DNA from: Ruminococcus sp.
GTDB lineage: Bacteria; Bacillota; Clostridia; Oscillospirales; Acutalibacteraceae
Direction: 5' to 3'
DNA length: 64,000 nucleotides
Assembly: GCA_036309445.1 (NCBI GenBank)
Contig: JAXJTT010000183.1
Span: 1,073-65,072, forward strand
Part shown: positions 58,658 to 64,000 of the stretch, in pieces
How positions within the stretch are numbered: position 1 is the first letter of the stretch
How the letters are laid out: every line of letters starts with the position of its first letter
Position numbers and translations under genes: made by a program
The notes under the pieces: generated by a model
Database searches by the model: none
What the model saw: only the letters and a program-made list of their open reading frames with translations
Told to the model about the DNA's origin: nothing

Positions 58658-58881
58658 TTTTCATCAGATGCAAATACACCTAACACCAAAATTCTGTTCT
58701 GCTTTAGTATTTTTATAGCTTCCTCTGCCCTGTAAGGTACGAAAAGACTGAATCCGCAAGAGGTTACATTTATATTTGCAGGTGTTCTTATCACTTTTGA
58801 GGGAATACCTTTATTTTTTAAAAGCTCTCTGCCCCTGAAGGCTTGTGTCTGAGAGCTTAAAATCAGTATATTTTTGTTCAT
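58654..58881 (-). CDS. DUF3343 small protein (putative S/Se carrier-like)
   Basis: ATG 58881. ILILSSQTQAFRGRELLKNKGIPSKVIRTP...CGFSL pattern. ATGA overlap with the desulfurase start. Confidence 0.65.
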   Translation of the reverse strand: MNKNILILSSQTQAFRGRELLKNKGIPSKVIRTPANINVTSCGFSLFVPYRAEEAIKILKQNRILVLGVFASDEK

Positions 58882-58981
58882 ATTTTTCACCACGTAAATT
58901 TATTTATATAGAGAAATATATGTTTAATCATCTTCCTTATATAATATGAACAAATAAAAAAGACGTGCTGATAACAACACA

Positions 58982-59016
58982 TCAAAAGGCGGCTATCGTA
59001 AAATACGACAGCCGCC
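58982..59016 (-). terminator. Terminator after asd-dapA-dapB
   Basis: GGCGGCT(A)TCG / CGA(C)AGCCGCC. Minus-strand TTTTGA follows. Confidence 0.7.
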
Positions 59017-59030
59017 AGAAATTATAAAAA

Positions 59031-59798
59031 TTATAAACCTAATTTTGAAGAAAGAAGATTGCTCATATTATACATACCTGCACCCTGTGATGCAAGGTAG
59101 ATAGCTGCATTAACAGCACCTACAGCAAAAACCTCTCTTGACTGAGCCTGATGAGTAAGTGATACAACTTCGTCGTGACCTGCAAAGATAACTTCGTGTT
59201 CACCAACTATTGTGCCACCACGTACAGCATGGATACCGATTTCATTCTTTGCACGCTTTTTGCGGTAAGAATGACGGTCATATACATACTGCGGTTCTTC
59301 TTCAAGCACTTCTGAAATACCATCAGCAAGCATAAGAGCTGTACCACTCGGAGCATCAAGCTTCTGATTATGATGCTTTTCGATAATCTCAATATCAAAT
59401 TCATTTCCTAAAAGCTTTGCAGCTTCTTTTGAAAGCTCGATAAGGAGATTTATACCAAGTGACATATTTCCTGAACGGAAAACAGCAACTTTTTCAGATG
59501 TCTTGTTGATTTTATCTATTTCATCAGCTGAAAAACCTGTAGTACAGATAACGCAAGGTGTGTTGTACTTAACAGCGTACTCAAGGATATCGTCAAGCAA
59601 AGCAGGATTTGAAAAATCAATAATTACATCTGCCTTTGTTTCGGATTCCATAAGGCTTTTATATACAGGATATTCATATGCTGATGTGCCGAACGGGTCT
59701 GCACCGAAAAGAATTTTACAATCATTTCGTGCCGCTGCTGCTTCGGACACAGCCTTACCCATTCTTCCGTTACAGCCCACAAGAGCTATATTAACCAT
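59031..59798 (-). CDS. dapB: 4-hydroxy-tetrahydrodipicolinate reductase
   Basis: VGCNGRMGK, EKHHNQKLDAPSGTA, VRGG.IVGEH. Confidence 0.95.
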   Translation of the reverse strand: MVNIALVGCNGRMGKAVSEAAAARNDCKILFGADPFGTSAYEYPVYKSLMESETKADVIIDFSNPALLDDILEYAVKYNTPCVICTTGFSADEIDKINKTSEKVAVFRSGNMSLGINLLIELSKEAAKLLGNEFDIEIIEKHHNQKLDAPSGTALMLADGISEVLEEEPQYVYDRHSYRKKRAKNEIGIHAVRGGTIVGEHEVIFAGHDEVVSLTHQAQSREVFAVGAVNAAIYLASQGAGMYNMSNLLSSKLGL

Positions 59799-59821
59799 TT
59801 TAACTTCCCCTTTATCAGTGA

Positions 59822-60724
59822 TTATTTTGCATGCTTTCCGAGTAAATCGTACTTAGCAAGACAATCTTTAAGATTGTGATAATCAGCAGAGTTCATCGGA
59901 ACAAGCGGAAGTCTGCATTCGCCGCAGTCAAAGCCGTAAAGGTTCATAGCAGTCTTGATTGGAATAGGATTAACATCACAGAAGAGCATATTCATAAGCT
60001 CAAGATAGTGGAAATTAAGCTTCTGAGCTTCTGCAAAGTCGTTATCAAGACAGAGCTGACAAATCTTGTGCATTTCTGCAGGGCAGATGTTTGCAAATAC
60101 AGAGATAACACCAAGAGCACCAAGTGACATAAATGGTACAGTCTGGTCATCGTTACCTGAGTAAATATCAAGCTTATCACCGCAAAGTGAACGGATAAGA
60201 GCAACCTGTGAAATGTTGCCGCTTGCTTCCTTTGTAGCTACGATATTAGGATGCTTACAAAGCTCAAGGTAAGTTTTAGCCTGAATGTTGCAGCCTGTTC
60301 TTGAAGGAACATTATAAAGAATTATAGGAAGGTCTACAGAATCAGCAATTACGTTGTAATGCTTGATAAGACCGGCCTGAGAAGTTTTATTATAATATGG
60401 GGTTACACAAAGGAGTGCATCTGCACCGGATTTCTGAGCAGATTTTGAAAGCATAACAGCAGTTGAAGTGTCGTTGCTGCCTGTGCCTGCGATAACCGGA
60501 AGACGTCCGTTGATTTTTTCGGCAACAAAAGAGATTACTTTACAATGCTCTTCCTCAGAAAGTGTAGCTGATTCGCCTGTAGTACCGCAAACGATGATTG
60601 CATCGGTAGCGTTTGCTACGTGGAATTCAAGCAACTGAGCAAGCATATCGTAATTAACGCTGCCGTCTGAGTTCATTGGTGTTACAATAGCAACACCTGA
60701 ACCTGTGAAAATGTGATTTCCCAT
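59822..60724 (-). CDS. dapA: 4-hydroxy-tetrahydrodipicolinate synthase
   Basis: GSGVAIVTP, CGTTGE, YNVPSRTG, active-site Lys in ATKEASG. Confidence 0.95.
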   Translation of the reverse strand: MGNHIFTGSGVAIVTPMNSDGSVNYDMLAQLLEFHVANATDAIIVCGTTGESATLSEEEHCKVISFVAEKINGRLPVIAGTGSNDTSTAVMLSKSAQKSGADALLCVTPYYNKTSQAGLIKHYNVIADSVDLPIILYNVPSRTGCNIQAKTYLELCKHPNIVATKEASGNISQVALIRSLCGDKLDIYSGNDDQTVPFMSLGALGVISVFANICPAEMHKICQLCLDNDFAEAQKLNFHYLELMNMLFCDVNPIPIKTAMNLYGFDCGECRLPLVPMNSADYHNLKDCLAKYDLLGKHAK

Positions 60725-60777
60725 AGTTTACCTCCATTTAAAATTTTATATACAAATTAAAAGTTCAATATTAAGAC

Positions 60778-61866
60778 TTATCTGTCCATATAGCCTTCAG
60801 CACAGAGAAGCTCAGCAAGTAATACAGCACCGCCTGCAGCACCTCTTAATGTGTTGTGTGACATACAAACAAACTTGTAATCATACTGTGTATCCTCTCT
60901 GAGTCTGCCGATAGATACAGCCATACCGTTTTCGAGGTTTCTCTCGCTGTTGATCTGTGGACGGTCAGGATCTGTGAAGTAGTGGAGGAACTGCTTTGGA
61001 GCACTTGGAAGCTCAAGCTCCTGAGCTCTGCCTTTGTATGATTCCCAGATTTTGATGATTTCATCTACTGATGGCTTCTCAACGCCATCCTTGAATGACA
61101 TAAATACTGCTGCTGTGTGACCGTCAGAAACAGGTACACGGAGACACTGAGCTGTGATTGCGATGTCATCTGTCTTAACGATTTCGCCGTTTTCAATCTT
61201 ACCCCAGATCTTGAGTGGCTCCTGCTCTGACTTCTCTTCCTCACCGCCGATGTATGGGATAAGGTTATCTACCATCTCAGGCCATGTGTTGAATGTTTTG
61301 CCTGCACCTGAAATTGCCTGATATGTACAAGCAAGAACCTTATCTACGCCAAGCTCTTTGAGTGGGTGGATTGCAGGAACATAGCTCTGGAGTGAGCAGT
61401 TTGATTTTACAGCTACGAAACCACGCTTTGTGCCGAGTCTCTTTCTCTGTGACTCAATGATTTCTGCGTGATTAGCGTTGATTTCAGGAACGATCATAGG
61501 AACGTCAGGAGTGAAGCGGTGAGCTGAGTTGTTAGAAACGATTGGGCACTCAGCCTTTGCATACTTCTCCTCGAGAGCTTTGATTTCGTCTTTTTTCATA
61601 TTTACAGCACAGAAACAGAAGTCAACCTTTGAAGCAACCTCTTCTACGTTTTCTGCATCAAGAATTACCATATCCTTGTATTTTTCAGGAAGCTCCTTAG
61701 CCATATGCCATCTTCCGTCAACAGCCTCACCGTATTTTTTGCCTGCTGTTCTTGAGCTTGCTGCAAGAGCAGTAACCTCAAACCAAGGGTGATTTTCAAG
61801 AAGGAGAGCGAAACGCTGTCCAACCATACCTGTAGCACCGATAATACCTACATTATACTTTTTCAC
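60778..61866 (-). CDS. asd: Aspartate-semialdehyde dehydrogenase
   Basis: GATGMVGQRF, SNCSLQS active-site Cys, CMSHNTLRGAAG. GTG start after GGAGG. Confidence 0.93.
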   Translation of the reverse strand: MKKYNVGIIGATGMVGQRFALLLENHPWFEVTALAASSRTAGKKYGEAVDGRWHMAKELPEKYKDMVILDAENVEEVASKVDFCFCAVNMKKDEIKALEEKYAKAECPIVSNNSAHRFTPDVPMIVPEINANHAEIIESQRKRLGTKRGFVAVKSNCSLQSYVPAIHPLKELGVDKVLACTYQAISGAGKTFNTWPEMVDNLIPYIGGEEEKSEQEPLKIWGKIENGEIVKTDDIAITAQCLRVPVSDGHTAAVFMSFKDGVEKPSVDEIIKIWESYKGRAQELELPSAPKQFLHYFTDPDRPQINSERNLENGMAVSIGRLREDTQYDYKFVCMSHNTLRGAAGGAVLLAELLCAEGYMDR

Positions 61867-62119
61867 AATAATGCCTCCGAAATAAACAAATTTTAAAAAA
61901 GCAGTTGCCTTATTTGACGAAATATTATATTATAGAAACATATTTGTTTCAGTTTTGTATATCTGACAAACAGTGGCAAACATACTCACCATTAGATTAT
62001 AATATAACATTTTGTGCGTATAATGTCAATTATTTTAGAGTAACAACTTATTTTTTTGTTTTATTGCAATACTTATAATATAAGTATTTTACATATATTT
62101 TTCTTGAAAGGAAATTTAA

Positions 62120-63145
62120 ATGAATACAAGCGATTTTTATTATGATTTACCAAAAGAACTTATTGCTCAGACTCCACTTGAACCACGTGACAGTTCAAGA
62201 CTTTTGTTGCTTGACAGAGAAAACGGAGAGATTAAGCATCAGACTTTTTCAGATATCATAGATTTTTTACAGCCGGGAGACTTGCTTGTTGCTAATGATT
62301 CAAGAGTTTTGCCTGCCAGAATTTATGGTGTGAAAGCCGAAACAGGTGCAAGAGTAGAGTTTTTGTTATTAAAGCAGGTTGGTACCAACAGATGGGAAAC
62401 TCTTTGCAAGCCGGGAAAAAAAGCACGTGAGGGTGCAAAATTTATTTTTGGTGACGGCATACTTGAAGCAACCGTGATTGAAGTTAAGGAAGACGGCAAC
62501 AGAGTAGTTGAGTTTGAGTGTGAAGATAACTTCTTTACTGCACTTGATAAAATCGGTCAGATGCCTCTCCCACCTTATATTACTGAGGAGCTTAAAGACA
62601 GAGAAAGATATCAGACTGTATATAGTAATGAACTGGGCTCAGCCGCTGCTCCTACTGCGGGATTGCATTTTACAAATGAGCTTATGCAGAAAATAAAAGA
62701 CAAAGGTGTAAAGATTGCTTATGTTACACTTCACGTGGGTTTAGGCACTTTTCGTCCCGTAAAGGTTGATGATGTTACTAAGCATAAAATGCACAGTGAG
62801 CATTATGAAATTCCCGAAGAAACTGCAAATCTCATAAATGAAACTAAAAAGAACGGTGGCAGAGTTATTGCGGTTGGCACTACTTCCTGCCGTACACTTG
62901 AGAGTGTTGCGACATTTTTCGGAGAAATCAAGCCTTGTGACGGTTTTACGGATATTTTTATTTATCCGGGTTACGAGTTTAAAGTGCTTGATGGTCTTAT
63001 TACTAATTTCCACCTGCCTGAAAGTACATTGATTATGCTTGTAAGTGCTTTTGCCGGATATGATAATGTAATGAATGCGTATAAAACAGCCGTTGACGAA
63101 AAATACAGATTTTTCTCTTTTGGCGATGCAATGTTTATTTCTTGA
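62120..63145 (+). CDS. queA: S-adenosylmethionine:tRNA ribosyltransferase-isomerase
   Basis: [53 protein letters not shown]. Confidence 0.95.
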   Translation: MNTSDFYYDLPKELIAQTPLEPRDSSRLLLLDRENGEIKHQTFSDIIDFLQPGDLLVANDSRVLPARIYGVKAETGARVEFLLLKQVGTNRWETLCKPGKKAREGAKFIFGDGILEATVIEVKEDGNRVVEFECEDNFFTALDKIGQMPLPPYITEELKDRERYQTVYSNELGSAAAPTAGLHFTNELMQKIKDKGVKIAYVTLHVGLGTFRPVKVDDVTKHKMHSEHYEIPEETANLINETKKNGGRVIAVGTTSCRTLESVATFFGEIKPCDGFTDIFIYPGYEFKVLDGLITNFHLPESTLIMLVSAFAGYDNVMNAYKTAVDEKYRFFSFGDAMFIS

Positions 63146-63160
63146 TAAATCGGAGGACTT

Positions 63161-64000
63161 ATGTTTAAAATTTTGAAAACTGAAGGTAATGCCAGACGTG
63201 GCGAATTTACTACACCCCACGGTACTGTTCAGACTCCTGCTTTTATGAATGTAGCAACCTGTGGTGCAATCAAAGGTGCTGTTTCTGCACTTGATTTGAA
63301 AGATATCAAATGTCAGGTTCAGTTGTGCAACACTTATCATTTACATCTTCGTCCGGGCGACGAGAAAATCAAGCAGATGGGCGGACTTCATAAATTCACT
63401 CGCTGGAATGGACCTATTCTTACTGACAGTGGCGGATTTCAGGTGTTTTCTCTTGCAAAATTAAGAAACATCAAAGAAGAAGGTGTTTACTTTAATTCTC
63501 ATATAGACGGCAGAAAGATTTTTATGGGCCCTGAGGAGAGTATGCGTATTCAGTCAAACCTTGCTTCAACAATAGCTATGGCTTTTGATGAATGTGTTGA
63601 GAACCCTTCCCCATATGAGTATACAAAGCAGAGCGTTGAACGTACTACAAGATGGCTTAAGAGATGTATTACCGAGATGGACAGACTTAATTCACTTGAT
63701 GATACTATCAACAAAGAGCAGATGCTTTTTGCAATAAATCAGGGTGGTACTTTTAAAGACCTCAGAGTAAATCATATGAAAGAAATTTCTGAGCTTGATT
63801 TGCCAGGTTATGCAATCGGTGGTCTTGCTGTAGGTGAGCCTGCGGAAGTGATGTATGAAATTATTGAGGCTGTAGAGCCTTTTGCTCCTAAGGAAAAGCC
63901 ACGTTATCTGATGGGTGTCGGTACACCTGTAAATCTTCTGGAGGGTATTGCAAGAGGTGTTGATATTTTTGATTGCGTAATGCCTAGCAGAAATGCAAGA
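63161..64000 (+). CDS. tgt: tRNA-guanine transglycosylase, N-terminal 280 codons (runs off the window)
   Basis: My translation: MFKILKTEGNARRGEFTTPHGTVQTPAFMNVAT...LCNTYHLHLRPG...ILTDSGGFQVFSL. SD GGAGG. No stop before 64000, so absent from the ORF track. Confidence 0.93.
   Translation, partial: MFKILKTEGNARRGEFTTPHGTVQTPAFMNVATCGAIKGAVSALDLKDIKCQVQLCNTYHLHLRPGDEKIKQMGGLHKFTRWNGPILTDSGGFQVFSLAKLRNIKEEGVYFNSHIDGRKIFMGPEESMRIQSNLASTIAMAFDECVENPSPYEYTKQSVERTTRWLKRCITEMDRLNSLDDTINKEQMLFAINQGGTFKDLRVNHMKEISELDLPGYAIGGLAVGEPAEVMYEIIEAVEPFAPKEKPRYLMGVGTPVNLLEGIARGVDIFDCVMPSRNAR

Overview
AT-rich Firmicutes/Clostridia chromosomal window. Sporulation-type genes (SpoIIM-like, CwlD-like, FtsW/RodA/SpoVE) and two dockerin-bearing secreted proteins suggest a Ruminococcus/Oscillospiraceae-like gut anaerobe; this taxon call is inference only. 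About 65 protein genes are tightly packed, and most are core housekeeping. Translation and tRNA modification: prfB (5'-truncated by the window edge), prfC, tsaB, tsaE, queA, tgt (3'-truncated), tRNA-Gln and tRNA-Pro. Replication and repair: DnaD-domain protein plus DnaC/DnaI-like loader, pcrA, radA, and a LexA-box-controlled Y-family polymerase. Metabolism: gdhA, proC, asd-dapA-dapB, fhs, rpiB, hppA, an ApgM-type mutase, a PLP decarboxylase. Transport: feoAB, a polar amino-acid ABC system, a heterodimeric ABC exporter. Signalling and envelope: cdaA-cdaR, a GH24/SH3 lysozyme, a CwlD-like amidase. I found no CRISPR array, transposase, prophage block, rRNA or recognisable riboswitch. I cannot point to a clear-cut new multi-gene system; much of the window is ordinary. 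Items most worth a second look: (1) A SCIFF peptide locus at 44.6-46.3 kb. Its 50-aa precursor gene is missing from the ORF track, and its radical-SAM/SPASM maturase is split by a 1-nt shift in an A4 run exactly at the core/SPASM junction. (2) An uncharacterised DUF5685-like / J-domain-TPR-Cys-tail / membrane-protein trio with a neighbouring Cys-rich protein (9.1-12.9 kb). (3) A textbook SOS promoter driving a Y-family polymerase plus an unknown 79-aa partner, next to a 440-bp AT-rich spacer with paired TTTTCCACA (DnaA-box-like) palindromic repeats. (4) A low-GC islet after gdhA with a 10-bp inverted repeat, a DUF2726 nuclease-fold gene and a tyrosine recombinase. (5) Two dockerin proteins with non-CAZy modules. 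All family names come from motif recognition by eye, with no database search, and most start codons were re-chosen from SD spacing.
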